A DNA stretch of 53,480 nucleotides from an uncultured Acidimicrobiales bacterium (GTDB lineage Bacteria; Actinomycetota; Acidimicrobiia; Acidimicrobiales; SHLQ01), in assembly GCA_964570495.1 (NCBI GenBank), contig CAZMYN010000001.1, positions 1 through 53,480 on the forward strand. The letters are read 5' to 3'. The number at the start of each line of letters is the position of its first letter. Within the stretch, counting starts at the first letter, position 1. Shown here piece after piece: positions 17,280 through 26,538 of the stretch. The notes beneath the pieces are model-generated. The model searched no databases, was not told the origin of the DNA, and worked only from the letters and a program-made list of their open reading frames with translations. Made by a program: the position numbers and the translations under genes.

Positions 17280-17331
17280 AAAATCTGTGGTCGCTGAGCC
17301 GCGTATACGCGGCTGACAGACCACAGATTTT
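17280..17331. terminator. bidirectional intrinsic terminator between convergent cysS and the beta-propeller gene
   Basis: AAAATCTGTGGTC (17280-17292) pairs with GACCACAGATTTT (17319-17331). A nested inner stem is AGCCGCG-TATA-CGCGGCT. A/T runs on both sides give a U-tract in either orientation. Confidence 0.85.
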
Positions 17332-17334
17332 GAA

Positions 17335-18993
17335 TTAGCGGATGCCGTAGACGCCGCCGCTGCGGGTGCCGACGACGATCGTGCCTTCCCACACGGCGGG
17401 GGTCGACTCGATGCATGCCTCGTCGAGGCGCAGCGCCCAAAGCTCGGGCGGCTCGACCGTAATGTCGCTGACGTCGTATCCGCGCAGCGTGCCGAAACAG
17501 TCGCCCATGATCAAGACATCATCGACGACCACCGGTGATTGCCACAGGTGGAAACCGAGTCCTTCGATGTTCCACAGGTCTTCGCCCGTTCGCCGGTCGA
17601 CAGCCCGGAACTGACCGCCCTGGCTTCCGAAGATGACCGCTCCGTTGTAGAGCGCTGGCGTGCCCCAAATGCCGGTGTCGAGGCCCTGGTTCTCCTGAAT
17701 CGACCAGACGAGTGCGTCCTCGCCTTCCTTCGATGGGTCGAGCTTGATCAGCTGGCCGAGATCGCGTGAACGCTGATTGCCGCGCTCGAACTCGGCAGCG
17801 ACGTACAACATGCCCTCCTCGTCGATGACGAGCGTTGCGTCCACGTCGTCGCCGACCCAGTAGCGGAAGTTGCGCACCGGCGGCTCGCCGTTGCGGATCG
17901 GGGCGAGGTCCCACCCCTGGACAAGCCCACCGGAGTTTGCGAAGTACATCGTGTCGCCGCTGACGGCGACCGAGTTCTCGATCGACACGTTGTCGCCAAC
18001 GGCGTTGATCAATTCGGAGTCCCAACCTGGAGCGCTAAAGAACAGCTCCGGGTCGACCGTGACGAAACCTTCGTCGCTCCAGTCACGGTTGAGCTTGATG
18101 ATGTGAATCCGACTGTTCTCGCCGCCGACGATGAGCCAGTCGTCGAGAACAAGACCTGCGCCGTCCCAGTCGTTGTTCCACTTGCGATCGGGGATCGATT
18201 CCGAATCGAGTCCCCACAGTTCGACCGGTTCACCCTGGTCGAACGAGATCACCCGATAGATGTTGTCGCGAGAGCCGGTGTAGACGAGCGGAAACCCATC
18301 GGGATCGACGGTCACCGAGCCCTTGATGATGTCGTCTGTCTGGAACTTTGGCAGCAGCGGCTGACCGGAGTCGGCATCGAGAAAGTGCACGGCTCCGTCG
18401 AGCGCACCGAAGATGCTCCAGAGGCGTCCGTCGAGACGGAACAAGCTCGGCTGACCAGTCCAGCCTGTCCCGCACCATCCGCGCGTCACTCCACCGACCG
18501 TCGAGCTCCGACACAGACCTCCGGACTCGGGAAAGCGCCACTGCACGGCAGGATTTTCGGGAACTGGGCCTCGCCCGTAGTAGGTCCGTGTCGGCGAACC
18601 ACGGAACGTCAACAGTCCGTCGAAGCCCTGCGGTGGAGCGATGCTCACCATCCGCGGGTCAACGAATACCGAGGTGTCGAAGTCGATCTCGGGTTCGGGC
18701 ACCTTCTCCGACGGTGCGGCGAACGGCCCAACGAGTCCTTCTTCAAACTCGATCTCGCCCTGCTCGCCGGGGATCAAGAAATCGATCGTGTTGGCCCGAA
18801 TGTCGTTGGCAACAGGTAGCGCAAAGAAGCCAATCGCAACGACTCCCAACGCACCGAGCACCAGCCCGACCCGAACACGGTCGACGCGTCGGCTCTTGCG
18901 GCGACGGCGGGTCGGCCCGGCTGCTGTCGCAGCATCGGGCAGCTTGACACCACTCGACAAGTTGTTCTCGTTTCGCCGTCCTCGAGACATCAC
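17335..18993 (-). CDS. membrane-anchored PQQ-like/BamB-like beta-propeller repeat protein
   Basis: 552 aa. A basic N-terminus is followed by a TM (VGLVLGALGVVAIGFFALPV). Repeated ~40-50 aa units rich in G/W/D follow (e.g. 'GGLVQGWDL', 'ALVWSIQEN', 'GEDLWNIEG', 'GGVYGIR'), typical of PQQ-like propellers. Family call from pattern only. Confidence 0.6.
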   Translation of the reverse strand: MMSRGRRNENNLSSGVKLPDAATAAGPTRRRRKSRRVDRVRVGLVLGALGVVAIGFFALPVANDIRANTIDFLIPGEQGEIEFEEGLVGPFAAPSEKVPEPEIDFDTSVFVDPRMVSIAPPQGFDGLLTFRGSPTRTYYGRGPVPENPAVQWRFPESGGLCRSSTVGGVTRGWCGTGWTGQPSLFRLDGRLWSIFGALDGAVHFLDADSGQPLLPKFQTDDIIKGSVTVDPDGFPLVYTGSRDNIYRVISFDQGEPVELWGLDSESIPDRKWNNDWDGAGLVLDDWLIVGGENSRIHIIKLNRDWSDEGFVTVDPELFFSAPGWDSELINAVGDNVSIENSVAVSGDTMYFANSGGLVQGWDLAPIRNGEPPVRNFRYWVGDDVDATLVIDEEGMLYVAAEFERGNQRSRDLGQLIKLDPSKEGEDALVWSIQENQGLDTGIWGTPALYNGAVIFGSQGGQFRAVDRRTGEDLWNIEGLGFHLWQSPVVVDDVLIMGDCFGTLRGYDVSDITVEPPELWALRLDEACIESTPAVWEGTIVVGTRSGGVYGIR

Positions 18994-18999
18994 CGATAC

Positions 19000-19656
19000 T
19001 TACGATACAGCGACGTGTGAGCCCGTATTCATTGGTGGAAACGGAAGTTCGACGTCGTAGCTCGTGACATTCGGATTTGAGCTGCGACGGCTGGCGATAT
19101 CGCGCACCGAGGCCACCGGTGCCGAATCCGGACGATCCGAGGTGTCTTCGGAGGCTGCGGTCGAATCCCGTTCGGCCTCTAGGGCGCGAGCCGAGTCGAG
19201 CTCGCGGTCGGGGCCATGAAATGCGCGGTGCAGAAGCGACCCTGCGGACGGATCCATCGGCTCATTACTTGCTGGCCGTGATGGGGAATCATCTCGAGAG
19301 CTGAGTGCCGAATCCGGTGTAGTCGGTGCCGTCGGTGCGCCGACGAGAAACCACGGAGTCTCGCGCGGATGACGGCGCTGCGGCACCCGCTTCTCGCTCA
19401 GCTCGTTGATCAGGGTTTCGCCCGCCGGTGTTGGAGCCGAGAGCAGCTGTTCCATCGGGCCAACGTCAGGGGTCGGGGCAAGGGGAACCCAGGTCCATCC
19501 GGTGGGTGCGGAAAAACGATCCGCGTGCGGCTCACAGAGCGCGATCGTCGACGTCGTTGGGCGATGCTGTTCGAGTACGCGACGGCCAGCTCCATCAACG
19601 TCGAACCAGCGCACCGCCACGCCTGAACAGGTGGGTTTCGCGCAAAGCCGTGACAT
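19000..19656 (-). CDS. DUF3499-like actinobacterial protein with a long disordered C-terminus
   Basis: The N-terminus 'MSRLCAKPTCSGVAVRWFDVDGAGRRV...IALCEPHADRFSAPTGWTWV' matches the C..C...LC..H...P.GW pattern I associate with DUF3499. The rest is low-complexity and Pro/Ser/Arg-rich. Confidence 0.6.
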   Translation of the reverse strand: MSRLCAKPTCSGVAVRWFDVDGAGRRVLEQHRPTTSTIALCEPHADRFSAPTGWTWVPLAPTPDVGPMEQLLSAPTPAGETLINELSEKRVPQRRHPRETPWFLVGAPTAPTTPDSALSSRDDSPSRPASNEPMDPSAGSLLHRAFHGPDRELDSARALEAERDSTAASEDTSDRPDSAPVASVRDIASRRSSNPNVTSYDVELPFPPMNTGSHVAVS

Positions 19657-19765
19657 GTGGTGAGTTTAGCCACCTCGCCGTCCAAAGTACATCAGTGTCA
19701 TTTAACGGAACGTCAGCCGCCGACTACGCTGCGGAGAATCTCCGACAACGGACTCGACGAACGGA

Positions 19766-20212
19766 ATGGCTGCGGTGCGAGACTCCTCAATTCAACAGGG
19801 CCCCACGAACCGGTCCGGCAGTGCGCGTCGTCCCCGGCGACGACGCATCGAACCGGACGAACAAGACACGTTCGATCACATCTCTAACGCGCTGCTCGGC
19901 AGGGTGCGCCTGATTCGAACAAATCTTCTTCCCCCAGCCGCCGATGGAATGACGCTCGGCCGATTTGTTCTGTTGCGCGGCGACCAGATCGAACGCCGAA
20001 GTTCAACACTGCTGGCCCACGAACTGGTGCACGTTCGCCAGTTCGCCGAAATGGGCGCGCCGAGATTTCTGTTCGCTTACGTCTCGGCGTACTTGCGCAA
20101 CCTGCGACGTACCCGCAACCACCGGCAGGCATATCTGGACATACCGCTAGAGCAAGAAGCTCGTGCGCTCGCCGAAAAGTGGCAGTCCAACCGCGCTTCC
20201 TCAAAGTCTTAG
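19766..20212 (+). CDS. small HExxH zincin-like protein (DUF4157-like motif)
   Basis: 'GMTLGRFVLLRGDQIERRSSTLLAHELVHVRQFAEMG' carries an HExxHxxQ signature. Divergent from the DUF3499 gene. Start uncertain; ATG 19949 is an alternative. Confidence 0.55.
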   Translation: MAAVRDSSIQQGPTNRSGSARRPRRRRIEPDEQDTFDHISNALLGRVRLIRTNLLPPAADGMTLGRFVLLRGDQIERRSSTLLAHELVHVRQFAEMGAPRFLFAYVSAYLRNLRRTRNHRQAYLDIPLEQEARALAEKWQSNRASSKS

Positions 20213-20264
20213 CTCTGGGCCGTATAACTTATTTGCGATCTCATTTGGCCGATGGATCTGGGCA

Positions 20265-21491
20265 ATGTCTACGTCTTCGAGCGACTGCTACCTCTGTGGT
20301 GCCCACAATGAACCTGACGCGTCCTACTGCGAACGGTGCAACGGGCAGCTCCTTTCGCTGCCCAGCGAAGAGCCCAGCAACGCAGAACTCAGCACGACCG
20401 AAACCCTCCCAGAAGAAGAGGCCTCCAACGAGGTAGTTGACAAGCCGCGCCGCAAGGTCCGCCGGACCCGTAAGGGCAACATTCAGGATCAACGCCTCTC
20501 CGATGCTCTTGGGTTGGACACAAGCATCGAGATCGACGATGAATCAGACGAGGCCGATGAAGATGATTCGCTCGTAGACACGGTCGTAACGAGCATCCCG
20601 CGAGCAACACCGTCGGCCGAAATCCCCCTCATCGGAACACGCGCTGGAGCGGTCAGTCAGTCCTCGATGAACGACCGCGAGCTCGGCAAGGTTGCGTACG
20701 CCTTTCTCGGTGCCCTCGCACTCGCGACCGTGTGGTTTGGCTACAACACCTTGATCCGCGAAGAACCTGAACCCGACAGCATTGCCTTCACCGGTACGAC
20801 CACCACCTCGTCAACATCGACGTCCACCACCGAAAAGCCACGTCGTATTTGGCAGCTCAACGAAGTAGACGGCCAATACAGTCCGGTCTTCGTCCGGGTC
20901 GATCTCTACGACTGCACAGTCGAGCTCGAAGCCGCAGAGATTCTCGAGCCGTTCACGAGGGTCGTCGGTGTATCGGTCAGTACTCACAATGTGCTGGTCG
21001 ACAACGCCGAAACGGGCGGCCAAGCGACCGCTGCGGTGATCCGAAGCCGGACGGGCGCAAGCCGAGTAGCCATTCTTCAACGGACCGCCGACGGCGCGTT
21101 GATCGCTACCTCGCCACGCGCAACGTCACGAAATCTTGCAGCCGGAGATCAGCTTTCGAACACCGACACGGACAGCGAGTTCTATGTCGGCTACGACCTC
21201 GAGAGCAACGTGGTAACGACAACCCAAACCCGCCAGAGCGCTAGCTCGCAACTGATCGTTACTCAAACCGGCAAAGCCCACACGATTCTTATCGGTGAGA
21301 GCGAATTCGATTTCGACAGCGTGGCCGAGGTTGACACCAGGCTTGAGATCGACCCGGAGATCGAGATACCAGCTACCCCAAACGTCTGTCAGAGCGTCGC
21401 TGGACTGCGACCTGTGGGCGCGACGAACAGCCTCGAAACTCTGACGAGCGTCCCGGAACCCGAACCTGTCGAAACAGGAGATACGGAATAA
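20265..21491 (+). CDS. zinc-ribbon membrane protein with extracytoplasmic domain
   Basis: From ATG 20265: 'MSTSSSDCYLCGAHNEPDASYCERCNG' (CxxC-x10-CxxC ribbon). An acidic linker, one TM (VAYAFLGALALATVWFGY), a Thr/Ser-rich spacer and a ~230-aa outer domain follow. The ORF-track start at 20163 would overlap the previous gene. Confidence 0.6.
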   Translation: MSTSSSDCYLCGAHNEPDASYCERCNGQLLSLPSEEPSNAELSTTETLPEEEASNEVVDKPRRKVRRTRKGNIQDQRLSDALGLDTSIEIDDESDEADEDDSLVDTVVTSIPRATPSAEIPLIGTRAGAVSQSSMNDRELGKVAYAFLGALALATVWFGYNTLIREEPEPDSIAFTGTTTTSSTSTSTTEKPRRIWQLNEVDGQYSPVFVRVDLYDCTVELEAAEILEPFTRVVGVSVSTHNVLVDNAETGGQATAAVIRSRTGASRVAILQRTADGALIATSPRATSRNLAAGDQLSNTDTDSEFYVGYDLESNVVTTTQTRQSASSQLIVTQTGKAHTILIGESEFDFDSVAEVDTRLEIDPEIEIPATPNVCQSVAGLRPVGATNSLETLTSVPEPEPVETGDTE

Positions 21492-21493
21492 TC

Positions 21494-22276
21494 ATGCGAC
21501 CACTAGCAGCCCTTACGAGCGTGATGACTACCGCTGCGTTCCATGCATCAGCATCGGGCGAAATCCTTGACGTCAACGCACCCTTTGTTCAACTGATGCG
21601 CTGCGTACCCGGTGACGATTGGCGAATGTACGTCGACGACTCGGATCGCACGCTGCTCGACGCGTTCTGGATTGCTCTGTTCAACCAGACCGACGAGGTC
21701 CACCAGCCAGTCAAGTTCAGCGTCAAGGGCGGCGAGGGCCTCTACGAGGTGCGAGCGCAGGCTGTCTCCGATGACGATGGACGCTTTTCGAGCGCCGTTG
21801 GAGTTCTCATGGTTGAGGCCTCTTCGGGTTCGACGTCTCGGTGGCAAGTCGATCCCAGCACCGGCCTCCCCGAGCACAACGCCGTTCTTGAGCGTTTCGA
21901 ACAACTCACCGAGGCAGACACGGCATTTGTTGCTGCGGTCGTGATGTTGGACGACGCTGACGCTGCCGACATCGTGCGTCGCAAGGAAGCTGCCCGTCAG
22001 CTGCTCGCTGTCATCCGACCCAACGACATGCTCGCAAGCCAGGACGACGGCCGCTTTCTTCTATGCGCACCCGGGATTGGCACCGCGGAGGCTGCACAAG
22101 CACTAGCGAGCCGCTTGATCGAGAGCCTCGAGAAGTCGTCGACCTCCGTGCGAGTTGGGCTTGCTCTGGCGAACGAGTCGCTCGGCGCCGCGACCTTGGT
22201 TCGAGAAGCCGAAGCAGGCGCGTACGCGAGCAGTCACGGCCACTATGGTTTCGCTCCCAACGAGGAAGCTGCCTAG
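21494..22276 (+). CDS. PAS-like domain plus degenerate GGDEF domain protein (RxxD I-site retained)
   Basis: 'DPSTGLPEHNAVLERFEQL' is a GGDEF-domain entry motif. 'RPNDMLASQDDGRFLLCAPG' aligns to RxxD-x5-GGDEF, with GGDEF replaced by DDGRF (22016-22057). Starts 3 nt after the zinc-ribbon gene. Confidence 0.65.
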   Translation: MRPLAALTSVMTTAAFHASASGEILDVNAPFVQLMRCVPGDDWRMYVDDSDRTLLDAFWIALFNQTDEVHQPVKFSVKGGEGLYEVRAQAVSDDDGRFSSAVGVLMVEASSGSTSRWQVDPSTGLPEHNAVLERFEQLTEADTAFVAAVVMLDDADAADIVRRKEAARQLLAVIRPNDMLASQDDGRFLLCAPGIGTAEAAQALASRLIESLEKSSTSVRVGLALANESLGAATLVREAEAGAYASSHGHYGFAPNEEAA

Positions 22277-22831
22277 TTACGACTCGGTAATCGTTACCGA
22301 GTTGATGACAACATCCTCATTTGGCCGATCCCCGCGGTCGGTTGGAACGTTCTGCATTGTTTCAAGCACGTCGAGACCTTCGGTGATCTGACCGAATAGC
22401 GAGTACTGAGGTGGCAGGCCGACCCCGCTGCGTCCGCTGACCAAGAAGAACTGGCTGCCATTCGTGTCGGGACCCGCGTTGGCCATAGCTACCGAACCAA
22501 TCTGGTAGGTGCCCGGAGCAGGAAGCTCATCTTCGAACCGGTAGCCAGGACCGCCTCTACCGCTACCGGTCGGGTCACCACCCTGACACATGAAGTCCGG
22601 GATGATTCGGTGAAAGATGATCCCCTCGTAGTAGCGGTAGCGAGCCAGAACGACGAAGTTGTTCACCGTGCGCGGAGCCGCAGCTGCATCGAGCGCGATG
22701 GTGATGGACCCGAGCGACGTGTCGAGCACGGCCGTGTAGGTCTTGCTCGGATCGATACACATTTCGGGTGGTCCACTGAACTCGACCTGGCGCTGCGCCG
22801 ATCCGTCGGTTGGAGGACAAGGGGTGCTCAT
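22277..22831 (-). CDS. peptidyl-prolyl cis-trans isomerase, cyclophilin type
   Basis: 'FHRIIPDFMCQGGDPTGSGRGGPGYRFEDE', 'GSVAMANAGPDTNGSQFFLV'. ATG 22831 gives a 184-aa protein of normal cyclophilin size. The ORF-track start at 23038 adds 69 unlikely residues. Confidence 0.9.
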   Translation of the reverse strand: MSTPCPPTDGSAQRQVEFSGPPEMCIDPSKTYTAVLDTSLGSITIALDAAAAPRTVNNFVVLARYRYYEGIIFHRIIPDFMCQGGDPTGSGRGGPGYRFEDELPAPGTYQIGSVAMANAGPDTNGSQFFLVSGRSGVGLPPQYSLFGQITEGLDVLETMQNVPTDRGDRPNEDVVINSVTITES

Positions 22832-23009
22832 GTGCGTTTCCTTCGTGTTACCGATAGGCCCGGGGATGGGCTCTCTGTCGAACGGTAGTCCAGGAAGTAG
22901 TGAACAATCGCGGATGTCGCGCGCTAAGTGGGCGATGTCGACCTGGGTGTCGACAAGAAACGCCAAGCATCCACCATCGGGCCTTGCGGAGAGTCCTAAT
23001 GTCACGGAC

Positions 23010-23195
23010 ATGTCAGAGGACCCCTCGCAGACGGGCACTTCCCATCAACGTTGCACCTCGACGCTGCGGGGAATTCCCACCGTGTTGTCGTGCAACAACT
23101 GTGAAGTGACCTGGCGTGACCTTCCCGGCGAGCCGTGCTGGTTTTGCGGCGAGAGTGGTCACGTGGCAAATCCCGAGCGCCTCGTTCTCGACTAG
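23010..23195 (+). CDS. possible small four-cysteine (zinc-ribbon-like) protein
   Basis: 61 codons from ATG 23010: '...LSCNNCEVTWRDLPGEPCWFCGESGH...' (CxxC-x12-CxxC). It fills the otherwise empty gap between the PPIase and the permease. No homology check is possible here. Confidence 0.35.
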   Translation: MSEDPSQTGTSHQRCTSTLRGIPTVLSCNNCEVTWRDLPGEPCWFCGESGHVANPERLVLD

Positions 23196-23240
23196 ACGTC
23201 TCTCGCGTTTGCGAACGCGGGTGCGAGATAGCCTGACGGT

Positions 23241-26200
23241 GTGCTGCTTCGTCTGATCAGCAAGAACTTGCTGCAGCGTCCGCTGAGGTATCTGCTCACC
23301 GGATTCGCCATCGTCTTTTCGGTTGCGGCGGTCAGCGCGGTCTTCATCTTCACCGATGGGCTTCGGTCGACCTTTAACGACCTTGCGACGAACATCGAGT
23401 CGGGGTACGACATTGCGGTCCAGCCACAAATCGAGTTTGGCGATGGAGCACTCGCGCCCAGCGTGCCGGTCGACCAGCGTGATCTCGTCGCTGCACAACC
23501 CGGGGTCTTGGCTGTCCAGCCGCGGGTCGTCGGCATCGGGGTCGTGGCGATCGACGCGATCGACGAGCCCACCTTTGCTCCCGCAGGACCCAATCTCGGC
23601 GTGCTGTGGGGAGATGAGCTGCCGGAGACTCGCTACTTTTTGCGCGAGGGACAACGGCCGTCCGGCCCGAACGAGTTCGCTCTTGACATCGACGCGTTCG
23701 CGCAAGGCGAGTACGTCATTGGAGACTCGTACACCGTTCAGGTGCCGACCGAAACCGAAGCAGGACGCCAGTTCACCTTGGTCGGCACGTTCACCTTCGC
23801 CGACCCCGAGCGGAACGCTCTCGTCGGAGCCAGGCTTGTTGCCTTTGATGAACCGACAGCGCTTGAGTTGATCAACGACGGCGAGGGATTCAGCGATCTG
23901 ACCATCGCCCTTGAACCCGGCGCCGACCAGGCAACGGTCATTGCTCAACTCGCCGAGGTCATCAATCCCGGTCTGGAGATCAAGACTCAACAAGAACTTC
24001 TCGAAGCAACCCAGGGAACGTTTGGCGAAGTGCTGGACATCTTTCGGACAGTCCTACTCGTCTTTGCCGTGATCATTCTGTTCGTCAGTTCCTTCCTGAT
24101 CTACAACGTCTTCACCATCACGTTGGGACAGCGAATTCGCGAGCTCGGTCTGCTGCGCGCCGTCGGTGCGCTCGGAAGCCAGATCACACGCCTGATGATC
24201 GGTGAGGCGCTGATGCTCGGCGTTGCCTCGACGATCGTTGGTATCCCCGCGGGTCTGGGCCTTGCCTGGCTGCTGCGGGTCGCGCTTAGCCTGCTCGGCT
24301 TCCCCAACAACACCGGCCTACCTCTCACGGGGTGGACAATCGTGTGGGCCGCGTTCACCGGCATCGTGATCACCGTCCTCGCCGCGATTTGGCCTTCGAT
24401 CCAGGCTCGTCGCGTGCCACCCATTGCGGCGTTGCGCGACGGAGCCAACATCAATGAGCTCGAATCGATCCAGAACCGGCCGGTCGGTGCACTCTTGACT
24501 CTGGGCGGCGCGGCGCTTCTTCCGTTGGGGCTCAGTCTCTCGGGTTGGGAACCACGCCTCTTGCTGCCGCTCGGGTCCGCGTTGTTGGTCTACGTCGGGA
24601 TGCTCTTGTTTCAGCGGTCGCTTGCCCGCCTCGTGATCTTTCCGCTGGGCGTCGTGATGCTCGTGATCACACTGGCAACGAACGACGCGTCGCTGGGCGA
24701 GACGTTTGGACTAATGGGAGCTGGCGCTCTCGTCGCCCTCATGGGAGCGAACCTGCTCAACCCGCTGATCGCGCGACAAGTAACCGGGGTGCTCGGGCAC
24801 GCACCAACCGCTGTCGTGGTCGGCCTGATCGGCTTTGGATTCGTTATTGGAGCTGTCGCCTCGATCGGCTTTGCCATCGCCGTTGGGATCAACGGAGTTC
24901 CGAGCGCACTGATCGATGCGGCTGGGCGAGACATACCACCAGCCGCACTCATCATCCCAGCGGTGATTGCTGGGATGGTCCTGCTACTTCTGGGCTATGC
25001 CGTCATACGGACCGCCTTCGGCGGAGGAGGCCTGACCGGTCAGCTCGGCCGACTAAACGCCGCCCGCAACCCACAACGCACCGCAACGACCGCTGCCGCA
25101 CTCATGATCGGCCTCACCCTCGTCACTGCCGTGACGGTCATTGGGGATTCGATCAAGAGTTCGGTGAGCACCGCACTCTCTTCATCGATCACCGCCGACT
25201 TCTTCGTCCGCAACCCGACCGCCGGGCCGACCCCTATCCCGTTTTCGAACTCTGCGGCCGCGCGACTCAATTCACTCGATGAGGTCGACTCGGTGGTTTC
25301 GTTTCGAGTCGCGTTCCCCGCAGCGTGGGTAACCAGCGAGAGCGGGACCCTCAACGCTGAAGACTTCGTCGAGTTTCTTCCCCTGGTACTCGAGCTACTC
25401 GACGATGACGAAGTCTCGCCCGAACGGTTCCTCGAGTTGCGCGCAGAACTCGGAACCGACATCGAGATCAACGACGCTGCGGCGGTCAACTTTGCCGAGT
25501 TGAACGAGCACGTCGACCCCGACTGGGTCGAGCGAGACGACACGCTCGCGGCCTTGCCCAACGCGATCTACATCGTGGATGAGTTTGCCGAGGAACAGGA
25601 GCTTTCGGTCGGTGACACCTTCTCCGCGTTGTTCATTGATTTACAGAGCGAGGATCTTGTCGTCGCCGGTATCTACGAAAACGGATTTGTTCTCGGAAAC
25701 CGCGTCATCACACTCGAGTTGTGGGAGCGGCATTTCTCGAGCGACAGCGATCAGTTCTTGACGATTCGTACCGCCTCTGGTGTCACGCCCGACGCTGCCC
25801 GTGCGGCGATCACCGCCGAGTTGGACGATGACTTTCCAACCCTCGATGTCCAGGACAAAGACGAGTTCGCCGAAGCTCAGGAGCTTCAGATCAATCAAAC
25901 GTTGGCGACGGTCAACGTGCTGCTCGGTCTGTCAGCACTCATTGCAGCGCTCGGCATCTTGTTGGCGCTCGCGCTATCGGTGTTCGAACGGACCCGTGAG
26001 ATCGGGCTCTTCCGAGCAGTCGGGGCAACGACTCGCCAGACCCGCTGGATGATTCGTTGGGAGGGGGTCATCATCGCGTCGTTCGGCGGCGTCATGGGTG
26101 TTGTCCTCGGGCTCGCACTCGGCATCTTGGCTACGGCGAAGATGCCCGAGATTCTGGTCACGGAAACATCGATCCCGGTCCTGACCCTGATTTCCTACGT

Positions 26201-26294
26201 ACTCGTATCCGCGATCGTCGGGCTCGCGGCGGCAGCTTTCCCTGCGTGGCTCGCGGGCAGAATGGACGTGCTCGAAGCAATCGGCAGCGAGTAG
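23241..26294 (+). CDS. ABC transporter permease, FtsX/MacB-type (duplicated), with no adjacent ATPase gene
   Basis: 1017 aa with a GTG start. The N-terminus 'LISKNLLQRPLRYLLTGFAIVFSVA' is typical of MacB-type permeases. Two FtsX modules are marked by 'RIRELGLLRAVGALGSQI' and 'RTREIGLFRAVGATTRQ'. Extra TM helices lie in the middle. Confidence 0.85.
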   Translation: MLLRLISKNLLQRPLRYLLTGFAIVFSVAAVSAVFIFTDGLRSTFNDLATNIESGYDIAVQPQIEFGDGALAPSVPVDQRDLVAAQPGVLAVQPRVVGIGVVAIDAIDEPTFAPAGPNLGVLWGDELPETRYFLREGQRPSGPNEFALDIDAFAQGEYVIGDSYTVQVPTETEAGRQFTLVGTFTFADPERNALVGARLVAFDEPTALELINDGEGFSDLTIALEPGADQATVIAQLAEVINPGLEIKTQQELLEATQGTFGEVLDIFRTVLLVFAVIILFVSSFLIYNVFTITLGQRIRELGLLRAVGALGSQITRLMIGEALMLGVASTIVGIPAGLGLAWLLRVALSLLGFPNNTGLPLTGWTIVWAAFTGIVITVLAAIWPSIQARRVPPIAALRDGANINELESIQNRPVGALLTLGGAALLPLGLSLSGWEPRLLLPLGSALLVYVGMLLFQRSLARLVIFPLGVVMLVITLATNDASLGETFGLMGAGALVALMGANLLNPLIARQVTGVLGHAPTAVVVGLIGFGFVIGAVASIGFAIAVGINGVPSALIDAAGRDIPPAALIIPAVIAGMVLLLLGYAVIRTAFGGGGLTGQLGRLNAARNPQRTATTAAALMIGLTLVTAVTVIGDSIKSSVSTALSSSITADFFVRNPTAGPTPIPFSNSAAARLNSLDEVDSVVSFRVAFPAAWVTSESGTLNAEDFVEFLPLVLELLDDDEVSPERFLELRAELGTDIEINDAAAVNFAELNEHVDPDWVERDDTLAALPNAIYIVDEFAEEQELSVGDTFSALFIDLQSEDLVVAGIYENGFVLGNRVITLELWERHFSSDSDQFLTIRTASGVTPDAARAAITAELDDDFPTLDVQDKDEFAEAQELQINQTLATVNVLLGLSALIAALGILLALALSVFERTREIGLFRAVGATTRQTRWMIRWEGVIIASFGGVMGVVLGLALGILATAKMPEILVTETSIPVLTLISYVLVSAIVGLAAAAFPAWLAGRMDVLEAIGSE

Positions 26295-26302
26295 GCGTCG
26301 AC

Positions 26303-26497
26303 TCAGACCTGGGTCTCACTCTGATCCTGCGGGTCACGAACCATTGCGAAGACGAAAACAGCAACCCCGAGCAGCCACGTGACCGCGCTCCCGAGGGCTG
26401 TCAGGTCTCCGCTTTCAATCGCATCCACCAAGAAGAACAGACCGCTAAGTGTGAACAGAGACCAGCCAGCCAGGGCGCTTCGATGAGACAACATCAT
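26303..26497 (-). CDS. small two-TM membrane protein
   Basis: 'MMLSHRSALAGWSLFTLSGLFFLVDAIESGDLTALGSAVTWLLGVAVFVFAMV...' has two hydrophobic helices. It lies directly downstream of the PKD-repeat gene on the same strand. The ORF could start at TTG 26530, 8 nt after that gene's stop. Confidence 0.45.
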   Translation of the reverse strand: MMLSHRSALAGWSLFTLSGLFFLVDAIESGDLTALGSAVTWLLGVAVFVFAMVRDPQDQSETQV

Positions 26498-26538
26498 CGA
26501 ATCATCGCAGCCGGTCAAGACCGCGACCAACCCACCAA

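Noticed and set aside
23013-23993. 326-aa minus-strand ORF
   Set aside because: It is antisense to the 5' part of the FtsX-type permease, which has a canonical N-terminus, and no motifs were recognised. The same reasoning applies to the long antisense ORFs at 13920-14612, 14740-15855, 15612-16781, 36618-37394 and 48063-48908.
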